Below, one piece after another: positions 51,676 through 60,967 of a DNA stretch of 64,000 bases (position 1 is the first letter of the stretch; each line of letters opens with the position of its first letter). The translations under genes were made by a program, and so were the position numbers. The notes beneath the pieces are model-generated. The model did no database searches, was not told the DNA's origin, and saw nothing but the letters and a program-made list of their open reading frames with translations. This DNA comes from Flavobacteriales bacterium (lineage in GTDB: Bacteria > Bacteroidota > Bacteroidia > NS11-12g > UBA9320). Location: contig JACJZU010000003.1 of NCBI GenBank assembly GCA_020635435.1, forward strand, positions 258,066-322,065, written 5' to 3'.

Positions 51676-53781
51676 TTATTCGATATTTTGACCGGTAATG
51701 CCTTCGGTTACGGAAAGAACCAGGTCACCGATCCGCTCGATATGGGAGATCAGGTTGCTGTATACCAAGCCACTATTGGCCGGATAATCTCCTTTTTCCA
51801 AATGTTTCAGGTGTTTCTTGCGCATGCGGTCTCTCGTTTTGTCCAATCCCTGCTCTACGGCAATTGCTTCAGCTGAATTCACTTGATCGTAGGGCATTTT
51901 GAGGTTATTGAGCATAACGTTGAACGCCTGCCCAAGCAGATCGAGATAACCGTTCAGATATTCACGCTGTTTCTGACTGAACCAGACATCGTCTTCCATC
52001 TTGCGCTCAACGATCTGCATCATTTGAATGAACATGTCACCAATATGTTCCAGATCATTGGTTATACTCAATATGGCACGTAATTGGGTAGACGTGGAGG
52101 GTGTGAGATCGAAACGGTTCAGCTCCAGGAGGTATTTGCTGATCTCGCTGTAGATCCGGTCGGTGATATGCTCGTAGTGCCGAAGTTTCTCCGTTAATTC
52201 GGGATGTTTGGTGCGATCTTTCTCATTGAGTAACTCGCGGATCTTAAGGAGCATTCTCTGATCCAATTCAGCCAGCTTTACCACTTCCTTCTGAGCCTCT
52301 ACTATAGATAATTCCGGAGTAGGGGACATACCGGCCGATATGTATTCCAGGCGGAATATCTCATCTTCTTCTCCTTTGGAAGGAACGGTTCGCACCGCGA
52401 GGCGGATCAGAAAAGGAACCATCCAGATCATGATCAGTACGTTCGTGAGATTGAACAGGCTATGGAATCCCGCCAAGGCTATGGCTGCCGATTCGCCGTT
52501 GTTGAACGGATCGCCCGGCACGAAATAATCCACGATCTGGAGGAAAAACGGCATCAGGAATATCATCCACGATACACCTACGATGTTGAACATGGAATGA
52601 ATCCGTGCGGAGCGCTTTGCATGAACGTTTCCAACGAGCGAAGCCAACTCAGCCGTTATCGTCGTCCCGATATTCTCACCAAGGATCATTGCTGCACCAA
52701 CCTCAAAGGGTACGATCCCTTTAACAACCAACGCGAGTGTGAGAGCCATGGCAGCACTCGATGATTGGATGATGATCGTGACCAGTGCACCAAGACCAAC
52801 GAACAATACACGTCCCAGAAATGGTATATCTGAATACTTTGCAAAAAACTGAATGATCGGAGAATCCTCATCCAGATCCGGCACAGAATCCTTGAGGAAC
52901 CCTAATCCCATGAAAAGTAGTGCAAACCCGATTATGGCACTTCCCCAGCTCTTCGAATTCCCTTTCTGTATGAATAGGAAAGGGGCACCTATGGCCAGAA
53001 TAAATAATGAATAAGCCGATATACTCACTTTAAACCCGAATACCGAGATCAGCCATCCGGTAATCGTTGTTCCAATATTGGCCCCCATCATGATCCCGGC
53101 CGACTCCGTCAGGGTCAACAATCCCGCATTCACAAAACTTACAGTCATAACCGTAGTTGCCGAGCTGGATTGTACAAGGGCTGTTATTAAGAAGCCACTC
53201 AGTACGCCCACATACCTGTTCGAGGTCATGGTTCCTAAGATCTGTCGCAATCGGCCACCGGCACTTTGTTGCAGTCCTTCCGACATGACCTTCATGCCGT
53301 AAATGAACATGCCCAGCGCACCGATCAGGACTATGAATCTGTAAAGACCCCAGGGTCTGTTTGTTGTATTCTTCTGAACGGGCGACCAGGTGAACAACTC
53401 TTCAGATCCCGGGATCTTCACCTCGCCATTTTGCTTCGTATAACCGATCTGCCAGTCGTATTTCGTGTCTCCGGCCAATCCGTCTAACTTGTATTCTGTA
53501 AGGTCGCTTCTCAATAACTCACTGTACACCCATTCATTACCGCTCCCTAAATGCTTTTTGTAACGGACAGCTACGTACGATACATTTCCACTGAAGTCGC
53601 AATCGATGGACCAATAAATATGTAGCGAACCTTCACCTTCCTTAGCATAGATATTCCTGAAACCGAGATCCTTTTCGGAAGCAGCTGAACCGGAAGCAAA
53701 AAGAGACGGAACCAGACTGGTAAGAAATGTGATAAGTATCCAGTAACGGTTAATTTGAGTTAGCCTGATCTTTAGTTTCAT
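51676..53781 (-). CDS. Na/Pi cotransporter family protein (NptA/YjbB-like). N-terminal FN3-like extracytoplasmic domain and C-terminal PhoU-like domain.
   Basis: Duplicated NaPi-II transporter repeats (QSSSATT...QSSSAAMALT). C-terminal PhoU-like helical bundle. The N-terminal ~130 aa are beta-rich (HIYWSIDCDF...YDWQIGYT). Confidence 0.8.
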   Translation of the reverse strand: MKLKIRLTQINRYWILITFLTSLVPSLFASGSAASEKDLGFRNIYAKEGEGSLHIYWSIDCDFSGNVSYVAVRYKKHLGSGNEWVYSELLRSDLTEYKLDGLAGDTKYDWQIGYTKQNGEVKIPGSEELFTWSPVQKNTTNRPWGLYRFIVLIGALGMFIYGMKVMSEGLQQSAGGRLRQILGTMTSNRYVGVLSGFLITALVQSSSATTVMTVSFVNAGLLTLTESAGIMMGANIGTTITGWLISVFGFKVSISAYSLFILAIGAPFLFIQKGNSKSWGSAIIGFALLFMGLGFLKDSVPDLDEDSPIIQFFAKYSDIPFLGRVLFVGLGALVTIIIQSSSAAMALTLALVVKGIVPFEVGAAMILGENIGTTITAELASLVGNVHAKRSARIHSMFNIVGVSWMIFLMPFFLQIVDYFVPGDPFNNGESAAIALAGFHSLFNLTNVLIMIWMVPFLIRLAVRTVPSKGEEDEIFRLEYISAGMSPTPELSIVEAQKEVVKLAELDQRMLLKIRELLNEKDRTKHPELTEKLRHYEHITDRIYSEISKYLLELNRFDLTPSTSTQLRAILSITNDLEHIGDMFIQMMQIVERKMEDDVWFSQKQREYLNGYLDLLGQAFNVMLNNLKMPYDQVNSAEAIAVEQGLDKTRDRMRKKHLKHLEKGDYPANSGLVYSNLISHIERIGDLVLSVTEGITGQNIE

Positions 53782-53936
53782 TTGATCCTACGAACCGGCA
53801 AAAGTAGCTTGCAAAGCTCCCATGCCACCGAACGCAATGTTAAGGATTTGTTAAGGATAGAAATGAACAAATTGGCCACATTTGGTCATCATTACTCCGT
53901 TTTTAGTATGATTGTGATGGGCTAAAAACCGATATT

Positions 53937-54557
53937 TTGAGAAATATTCTGAGAGATCCTGAATTTTGGGCTATTCTGGCCTTCAATGTCCTGCTTCTTA
54001 TAGCATTCATTGAGGATCTGACGGGCTTTGATACAATCGTAGTTCTGTTCTTTCTTCAAAATTTATTCATTGGCTTACAATACTTTGTGCGGCTGATTTT
54101 TAACGGTTTCCGCACATTTCCGGGAAAAATAACACAAGCCTTGAGTCTTGCCCTGTTCTTTGGTTTTGGCTACGGATTATTTCACTTCGTCTATTCGATC
54201 TTCCTGATCAGTATAGTCACGAAGATCCCAGGTCCATTGAACGGGCAGATCATTCGGATCTCTGCCCTGTTGATGTTGGGAAATATGCTTTTTTCCCTGA
54301 TATCCGACTTGAAGAAAGATGCGGAATCGGGAAGCATCGGAGGACTGTTGTTCTTTTTTCCGTTTATCCGGGTTTTGCCAATGCACATCTTCATAATCCT
54401 GGCATTTAACTCGACAACACGTGGGAATGCGGATAGTATGTTCCGAGCTTTATTACTGTTCATGGCCTTGAAGACCGCGGCAGATCTGCTGATGCATATT
54501 ATTCTCAACCAAACCTGGTTGGAACGCCGCCCACCGGTCATTGCCGGGAAGGTTTAA
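53937..54557 (+). CDS. Hypothetical polytopic membrane protein
   Basis: 206 aa with ~6 hydrophobic helices. The ORF begins with TTG, so the start is uncertain. Confidence 0.4.
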   Translation: MRNILRDPEFWAILAFNVLLLIAFIEDLTGFDTIVVLFFLQNLFIGLQYFVRLIFNGFRTFPGKITQALSLALFFGFGYGLFHFVYSIFLISIVTKIPGPLNGQIIRISALLMLGNMLFSLISDLKKDAESGSIGGLLFFFPFIRVLPMHIFIILAFNSTTRGNADSMFRALLLFMALKTAADLLMHIILNQTWLERRPPVIAGKV

Positions 54558-56032
54558 CTGGAAGAGATCTCGCTGAGGTCCACCGTTCTCAGAAAATCAC
54601 TACAAGCCCGGATCTGTTCAGACCAGATCATATCGCCCCGATGATGGGGGATCGCACTGCGAAATAAGCTATAGAATCGCTCCAAGACGCCCGAGCTTCG
54701 TTTAGGTCTGCGCATTTCCAACGCCCTGCCGGCCATCAGTAACTCAATGGCCAGGATCGAGTAGCAATTGTCAACTATTCGCAGGGTTTTGGTTGCACTG
54801 TTGGCTCCCATGCTCACATGATCCTCCTGGCCGTTACTGCTCAATTGGGAATCGGTACTGCAGGGTACGCTCAGTTGCTTATTCTGACTGGCTATCGATG
54901 CTGCTGTGTATTGGAGTATCATCATCCCTGATTCCAATCCCGCATTTTCTGCGAGAAATGCCGGAAGTCCCCGGGTACCACTGAGAAGCTGATAACCACG
55001 GCGCTCAGATATGCTGCCAAGTTCAGCCAGTGCCATACCCAGGAAGTCCAGGTGCAGGGCCAACGGCTGACCATGGAAATTTCCCGCGCTCAGGATCATG
55101 TCCTCCTCGGGGAAAACATTGGGGTTGTCCGTCACTGCATTCAATTCCCGTTCGAAAACAGTTCCACAATGCATGATCACGTCGTGTGATGCACCATGTA
55201 CCTGTGGCATACAGCGGAAACTATACGGATCCTGAACTTTTTTATCCGGAAGATCCTGCAGCTCAGAACCTTTCAGGTAGTCCAAAATACGCGCTGCGCT
55301 GTTTATTTGTCCGGGGTGGGGCCTAATGGCATGACTTTCAGGCAGAAAAGGTTCACTCCGCCCGTTAAAGACGTCCAAAGAGAGGGCACCGATCAAATCA
55401 CCCAATTCGGCTATTCGAACGGAGTCGTTCCATGTGTGCAGTGCATAAGCCAACATGAATTGAGTCCCATTTATCAACGCGAGACCTTCTTTAGGTCCGA
55501 GTTCAAGGGCATCCCCCAAAACGGAGGCATCTACGAGTTTACCCTCGATGTAAACCTGTCCTTCTCCGATCAGCGGAAGTGCAAGGTGTGCCAAAGGTGC
55601 AAGGTCGCCCGATGCTCCCAGAGACCCCTGTTGAAATACCCTGGGTAGTATCGAGTTGTTGTAGAATTCGAGCAGTCTGTTCACGACGGCTTCCTGAACT
55701 CCGGAATATCCCTTGCTCAGGGATATAACCTTCAACAGCAACATGGTTCGCACAATTTCCCCTGGAACTTCTTCACCGGTGCCGCATGCATGAGATCGCA
55801 GTAAATTCAGTTGCAGCTTAACCAGGTCGCCGGAATCTACAGAGGTATGGCATAAGGCTCCGAAGCCGGTATTAATACCATAAATTGGCTCGATGGTCTC
55901 ATCGATCTTGTTCAACAGATACGCATTGCACCTGCGAACACGCTCAAGAGCACGCTCCGATAATTCGAGTGTTTGCGCAGAACTCCGAATACCCCAAAAG
56001 TCGCTCAGCTTAATATGATCGGCTATTTCCAT
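54554..56032 (-). CDS. Histidine/aromatic amino acid ammonia-lyase family (HAL/PAL/TAL; MIO cofactor)
   Basis: The Ala-Ser-Gly MIO-forming triad lies in GSLGASGDLAPLAHLAL. 492 aa. Substrate specificity is not assignable from sequence alone here. Confidence 0.8.
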   Translation of the reverse strand: MEIADHIKLSDFWGIRSSAQTLELSERALERVRRCNAYLLNKIDETIEPIYGINTGFGALCHTSVDSGDLVKLQLNLLRSHACGTGEEVPGEIVRTMLLLKVISLSKGYSGVQEAVVNRLLEFYNNSILPRVFQQGSLGASGDLAPLAHLALPLIGEGQVYIEGKLVDASVLGDALELGPKEGLALINGTQFMLAYALHTWNDSVRIAELGDLIGALSLDVFNGRSEPFLPESHAIRPHPGQINSAARILDYLKGSELQDLPDKKVQDPYSFRCMPQVHGASHDVIMHCGTVFERELNAVTDNPNVFPEEDMILSAGNFHGQPLALHLDFLGMALAELGSISERRGYQLLSGTRGLPAFLAENAGLESGMMILQYTAASIASQNKQLSVPCSTDSQLSSNGQEDHVSMGANSATKTLRIVDNCYSILAIELLMAGRALEMRRPKRSSGVLERFYSLFRSAIPHHRGDMIWSEQIRACSDFLRTVDLSEISSS

Positions 56033-56078
56033 GACTTTGATTTCCCTGCAAGTTTCCTCAATTCCCGTATAAAATCTG

Positions 56079-56846
56079 CTATACTGTTTTACTCTGAAGC
56101 CTTAAGCGTGTGATCACCCTTTTGGTGTTCTCCGGAAAATCGCCTTGCATCATCCAATCGTAATAGCCGGGTTCCTTTTGGAAAACCTCAATTACCGATT
56201 TGTCTTTATGCTTGCCGAATGCGAAAACTGCTTCGCCTTTTTGGTTCAGCCGTATACGACCAGCCAGATCCAACAATTCGTTCTGACCACTGTATTTATG
56301 CAGGAATTCAACAGTAGGAGTGAGGTCCTCATATTTTTCGAGTTGTGCTTTGATGATCTCCCAGGTGGCAAGCGTGTCGGCCTCGGCACTGTGGGCATCT
56401 TGAAGCTCCCTATCGCAGTAGAAACGGTATGCTGCTGCCAGATTCCTCGGTTCACGGATGTGATAGATCCGTTGCGCATCGATGAACTTCCGTTTTGCTA
56501 CATCAAAATCCACCCCGGCGCGGTAGAATTCTTCTACCAGTAGCGGAAAATCGAATCGATTTGAATTGTATCCGCCAAAATCCGCATCGCCAATGAACCG
56601 ATTCAGATCGTGCGCAATGTCTTGAAACGTAGGGCAATCGATTACGTCTTTGTCGAAAATACCATGAATGCTCGATGCCATTTCCGGTATGGGTATGCGC
56701 GGATTTAAGCGTTTATAGTAGTGTTCCTCCCTGCCATCCGGGTTGGCCTTTATCATGTATAACTCAACGATCCGGTCTTGACTCACCTGTACGCCTGTCG
56801 TCTCCAGATCGAAAATGATCAGTGGCTTATGTAGTTGCAATTTCAT
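56079..56846 (-). CDS. DnaQ-like 3-prime to 5-prime exonuclease domain protein (DEDDh family)
   Basis: The start MKLQLHKPLIIFDLETTGVQVSQDRIVEL carries the Exo I DxE motif. A downstream H...D motif is present. The ORF-track N-terminal extension (to 57182, TTG) overlaps the maf gene and is discounted. The start coordinate is accurate to within 1-2 nt. Confidence 0.7.
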   Translation of the reverse strand: MKLQLHKPLIIFDLETTGVQVSQDRIVELYMIKANPDGREEHYYKRLNPRIPIPEMASSIHGIFDKDVIDCPTFQDIAHDLNRFIGDADFGGYNSNRFDFPLLVEEFYRAGVDFDVAKRKFIDAQRIYHIREPRNLAAAYRFYCDRELQDAHSAEADTLATWEIIKAQLEKYEDLTPTVEFLHKYSGQNELLDLAGRIRLNQKGEAVFAFGKHKDKSVIEVFQKEPGYYDWMMQGDFPENTKRVITRLRLQSKTV

Positions 56847-56910
56847 ACTTCGACCTGCGCAAGTTAGGTGAAGTGGGTTTGTATTTTGCTTCTTTCCCGC
56901 GTGTTTTGCA

Positions 56911-57510
56911 ATGCATATGATGAACCCGATGGAAGAACTCCGGAAATGGACACTCGTACTAGGATCTGCTTCTCCCCGCAGACAGGAATTGATCAAGGGA
57001 TTGGGAATTCCGGTACGGATCAGTCCATCGGATATTGATGAGACCGTTCCGGAGCTCATACCACCCGAGCTACAACCCGAGTACCTGGCGATCAGGAAAG
57101 GAGATGCATGTACCAAACCGGTTGAATGGGAGTGTCTGATCACCTCGGATACCTCCGTACTACTCAACGGAGAGATTCTCAATAAACCTGCCGATGAAAG
57201 TGAAGCCTTGGCGATGTTGAAGAAACTATCGGGCCGGTATCACGATGTGTATACGGGAGTTTGTTTGCGAACGTCAACAGAACAAAGGGTATTCACTGAG
57301 GTGAGTCGCGTTCATTTCAAAGAAATGAGCGATGCGGAGTACCGCTATTATGTGTCGAAGTACAATCCCTACGATAAAGCCGGCTCCTACGGAATACAGG
57401 AATGGATCGGATATGTGGCTGTAGATCGCATTGAAGGTTGTTTTTTCAATGTGATGGGATTACCCCTTTCCAAATTGTATTCGGAATTGAAGATCCTGCT
57501 ACTAAACTAG
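56911..57510 (+). CDS. maf: Maf-like nucleoside triphosphate pyrophosphatase
   Basis: LVLGSASPRRQELIKGLGIPVRISPSDIDE is the Maf N-terminal signature. ~195 aa. Confidence 0.8.
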   Translation: MHMMNPMEELRKWTLVLGSASPRRQELIKGLGIPVRISPSDIDETVPELIPPELQPEYLAIRKGDACTKPVEWECLITSDTSVLLNGEILNKPADESEALAMLKKLSGRYHDVYTGVCLRTSTEQRVFTEVSRVHFKEMSDAEYRYYVSKYNPYDKAGSYGIQEWIGYVAVDRIEGCFFNVMGLPLSKLYSELKILLLN

Positions 57511-57612
57511 CTAAAGGAGCATGCCCGATTCAGCTGAATGTTCTCATTTTGAGATTTCCTAAAACCTGAATCTCTTATTTTTGGTTCCAACAAACTTGGT
57601 GCGCAAAGAATT

Positions 57613-59514
57613 ATGGGGGATCATTCTGTTTCCAGAATTTCCGGATCTGAGGAGAAAAGGAATTACACCCGGTTTTTACTGGGAGATATAATAGCGTTAG
57701 AATACATGTTGGAGAACAACATGTTCGAAACGGGTATTCAACGACTCGGTGCAGAGCAGGAGTTGGTATTGCTCGATGAGAATTGGCGTCCGGCTACCAA
57801 CAACCTTGAATTGCTGAAGGAAATCCGGGACCCGCACTATACAACGGAGATTGCCCGCTTCAATTTGGAGATCAATCTGGATCCCATCGAATTCAAAGGG
57901 AATTGTTTCAGTAAACTGGATACTGATCTCCGAAAATTGCTTGCCAAAGGGGAGAAGGTGGCCCGCAAATACAAGAGCAAGATCCTCCTAACAGGTATAC
58001 TGCCCACTCTCACCAAGGATTATCTTCATTTTGAATATATGACCCCCAATCCCCGGTACGAGGCGCTGAATGAAGTGATGAGATTGCAGCGGGACGGGGA
58101 TTTTGAACTGAATATCGTGGGCATTGATGAATTGCTCACCAAGCATCCCAATATCCTCTTTGAAGCTTGCAATACCAGTTTTCAGATCCACCTTCAGTTG
58201 GAACCTGATGAGTTTGTCTCGCAATACAACTGGGCTCAGCTCATTGCGGGGCCGGTTCTCAGTGTAGCTTGCAATTCTCCCTTGCTGATGGGCAAAAGGC
58301 TGTGGGCCGAAACACGGATCGCCTTGTTCCAGCAGAGTGTGGATACACGCAGTAATCGCCTGCTTCAGCGTTCAAAAGAGCCTAGGGTCACTTTCGGTAA
58401 AGACTGGCTACACGGTACAGTAGCCGACCTCTTCAAGGACAATGTTTCGCGCTACAATTTTCTGTTCTCAGCCGACAATTTTGAAGACAGCATGGATATC
58501 CTTCGGTCCGGAGGAGTGCCCAAACTGGGAGCGTTGAATTTGCACAACGGAACCGTATACAAGTGGAATCGCCCTTGTTACGGGGTTTCGGGCGGAAAGC
58601 CGCATCTGAGGATCGAGAACAGATATATTCCGAGCGGACCAACTGTCGATGACGAAATCGCCAATTCCGCCTTCTGGTTGGGTTTAATGCGTGCAATGCC
58701 TGAAAAATACAAGGACATTCAGCATTTAATGCGTTTTGAGGATGTTCGGTTCAACTTCTATAATGCGGCCAGACGAGGATTGGAATGTCAATTGAATTGG
58801 TTCGGCAAGGCAATGCCGGCTGCAAGGCTCCTCGAAAGGGAATTGATCCCACTTGCCTTTGAAGGATTGGACAAGGCCGGGGTTTCAGATCAGGATACGC
58901 AGAAGTATATGGACATCATTCAGTCCAGGATCAGGAAATCACAAAATGGCAGTACCTGGCTCATGCGCAACTTCTCCGAACTTTTGAAGGGGAGTACACC
59001 GGCCGAAGCCAGTTTGAACATCACCAAGAAGATGTATCAGAACCAGGAGGACGGGAATCCGGTTCATACCTGGAAAAATGTGCATCCCGATCAGGTCAAT
59101 GCACACAAAGAATTCCGAACAGTGAATGAGATCATGGAAACAGATCTGTTCACCGTGAATGAAGATGATCTGCTGGATCTGGTGGTACATGTGATGGATT
59201 GGCAGCAGATCAGGCATGTACCGGTTGAAAATGCCCAACATGAGCTGGTCGGATTGATAAACAGTAAGTGCATCATCCGATACCTCTCCCGAAAGGATCG
59301 GGATGGTAATATCATGGCGAAGGATATCATGCTGCGGGATTTCCCCACCATTTTCCCAACGGCAGGTACTCACGAAGCGATTAGGGTGATGGCCGAGAAA
59401 AGGGTTGATGCCCTGCCAGTGGTAAATGAACAGAATACGCTTTTGGGCATACTGACCGAAAGTGACATCGTACAAGTGGCCTTCATGACCGGAAGATTCA
59501 ATTCAAAGACCTGA
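57613..59514 (+). CDS. Glutamate-cysteine ligase family 2 (GCS2/YbdK-like carboxylate-amine ligase) fused to a C-terminal CBS-domain pair
   Basis: N-terminal GCS2 motif LGAEQELVLLD (GxExE). The central region is consistent with the GCS2 fold. The C-terminal ~130 aa contain two CBS-like modules (VNEIMETDLFTVNEDDLLDLV... and AKDIMLRDFPTIFPTAGTHEAIRVMAEKRVDALPVV...). Confidence 0.55.
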   Translation: MGDHSVSRISGSEEKRNYTRFLLGDIIALEYMLENNMFETGIQRLGAEQELVLLDENWRPATNNLELLKEIRDPHYTTEIARFNLEINLDPIEFKGNCFSKLDTDLRKLLAKGEKVARKYKSKILLTGILPTLTKDYLHFEYMTPNPRYEALNEVMRLQRDGDFELNIVGIDELLTKHPNILFEACNTSFQIHLQLEPDEFVSQYNWAQLIAGPVLSVACNSPLLMGKRLWAETRIALFQQSVDTRSNRLLQRSKEPRVTFGKDWLHGTVADLFKDNVSRYNFLFSADNFEDSMDILRSGGVPKLGALNLHNGTVYKWNRPCYGVSGGKPHLRIENRYIPSGPTVDDEIANSAFWLGLMRAMPEKYKDIQHLMRFEDVRFNFYNAARRGLECQLNWFGKAMPAARLLERELIPLAFEGLDKAGVSDQDTQKYMDIIQSRIRKSQNGSTWLMRNFSELLKGSTPAEASLNITKKMYQNQEDGNPVHTWKNVHPDQVNAHKEFRTVNEIMETDLFTVNEDDLLDLVVHVMDWQQIRHVPVENAQHELVGLINSKCIIRYLSRKDRDGNIMAKDIMLRDFPTIFPTAGTHEAIRVMAEKRVDALPVVNEQNTLLGILTESDIVQVAFMTGRFNSKT

Positions 59515-59583
59515 GTAAAATCAGGTTCTACAGGCATTTATAGAATCGTTATCTTGGGACTATAATTCTAAAGGCTGATAACT

Positions 59584-59949
59584 ATGTATGCGCATGGCAC
59601 GAATTCCGATGTAATCGAGATCTATCACAATCCGGGTTGTTCCAAAACCAAATCGGCGGTAGCCTACGCCCGCTCCATGGTCAACAATGTGATGGAGTAC
59701 GAATATGCCAAACACCAGACCACAGCCACTCAATGGCGAGATCTTCTGTCAAAACTGGGCAAATCCCCAAGGGAACTCATCGATGAGGATTCCGAATACT
59801 ACAGGGACCATTTGGAAGGAAAGGACTTCGATGATTCAGGTTGGATAATGGTATTGATCAAAGATCCTCAGGTGATCAGAGGTCCAATAGCCGTACGTGG
59901 AGATCGGGCCGTTTTTTTAGAGAGCGCAGCTGATATTAGGCAGCTCTGA
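59584..59949 (+). CDS. ArsC/Spx/YffB-family thioredoxin-fold protein
   Basis: IEIYHNPGCSKTKSA is the CxxS/T redox motif of the ArsC family. ...DPQVIRGPIAV is the conserved C-terminal segment. Confidence 0.65.
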   Translation: MYAHGTNSDVIEIYHNPGCSKTKSAVAYARSMVNNVMEYEYAKHQTTATQWRDLLSKLGKSPRELIDEDSEYYRDHLEGKDFDDSGWIMVLIKDPQVIRGPIAVRGDRAVFLESAADIRQL

Positions 59950-60007
59950 TCTTTGTCGCACATATTTTCACGTTATGCCGGGCTCGGGCATGTAAATTTG
60001 CGCCTGT

Positions 60008-60967
60008 ATGCTCAGCATTTCCCGATCGGTCGAAATTCAATTCAATGATTCACGCGTTCGCGTCGAGCGCATAATGGCCGACATCCGCTCGGAGGAGGAT
60101 GGGAATACAGTTCTTCTGATCGGTGGCGTGCACGGAAATGAACCTCTGGGAGTACTCGCTATGGACAAGGTTCTGGCCGATTTAGAAAATTCCGGGAACA
60201 AGATCAACGGGAGGCTTTGTGCCGTAGTTGGTAATATGGAGGCAACGCGCATTATCAAACGATACCTCTATAAGGACCTGAATCGCCTTTGGACAAGGGA
60301 GAATATCGACAGCCTGCATTACAATCAATTGGATCTGCGCCATACCGAGTATCGCGAATTGAAGGAATTGTACGACAAACTCCAGGAGTTGATCGGCGAT
60401 CTCAGAGGAGAACTGTTCGTGGTCGATCTGCACACTACTTCGGGACCAACTATTCCCTTCATGGTTACTAATAAAATGGAAAAATGCCGCAATTACACAT
60501 CGAAGTTCCCAATTCCATCTGTGAGCGGATTAACCGGGTTTCTGGACGGAACGCTGCTGTCCTATGTGAACGACCTGGGTTATGTTGGTCTGGCCTATGA
60601 GGCCGGGCAGCACAAAAGTGAGCAGTCCCTGACCCGATTCGAGAGTTTCATATGGCTTTCACTCCATCATGCCGGCATTCTAACAGGGTTAACATCGGAA
60701 TTTGTGGCATTTCACGAGGCCGCCTTAACCGAGCCCCAAGCAAGTTCCGGGCGCTCTTTCCGAATAATAAGCCGATACAGGATACAAGAAGGGGAAGATT
60801 TCCGAATGCAGGAGGGTTTTGCCAATTTTCAATCCATCAAACAAGGTCAGGTGCTTGCTCAGAATCAAAATGGTCCGATTTACTCGCCTTACGATGGATA
60901 CATTTTCATGCCTCTTTATCAAAAAATGGGAGAGGATGGATTCTTTATCATTCGGGAAGACGATTAA
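60008..60967 (+). CDS. Succinylglutamate desuccinylase / aspartoacylase (AstE/AspA) family zinc deacylase
   Basis: Zn-binding context LLIGGVHGNEPLG, with the downstream E and H conserved for the family. 319 aa. Confidence 0.75.
   Translation: MLSISRSVEIQFNDSRVRVERIMADIRSEEDGNTVLLIGGVHGNEPLGVLAMDKVLADLENSGNKINGRLCAVVGNMEATRIIKRYLYKDLNRLWTRENIDSLHYNQLDLRHTEYRELKELYDKLQELIGDLRGELFVVDLHTTSGPTIPFMVTNKMEKCRNYTSKFPIPSVSGLTGFLDGTLLSYVNDLGYVGLAYEAGQHKSEQSLTRFESFIWLSLHHAGILTGLTSEFVAFHEAALTEPQASSGRSFRIISRYRIQEGEDFRMQEGFANFQSIKQGQVLAQNQNGPIYSPYDGYIFMPLYQKMGEDGFFIIREDD

Noticed and set aside
56847-57182. 112-aa N-terminal extension of the exonuclease ORF (TTG start)
   Set aside because: It overlaps the maf gene on the other strand. 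The DEDDh Exo I motif lies right after the internal Met (MKLQLHKPLIIFDLETTG).
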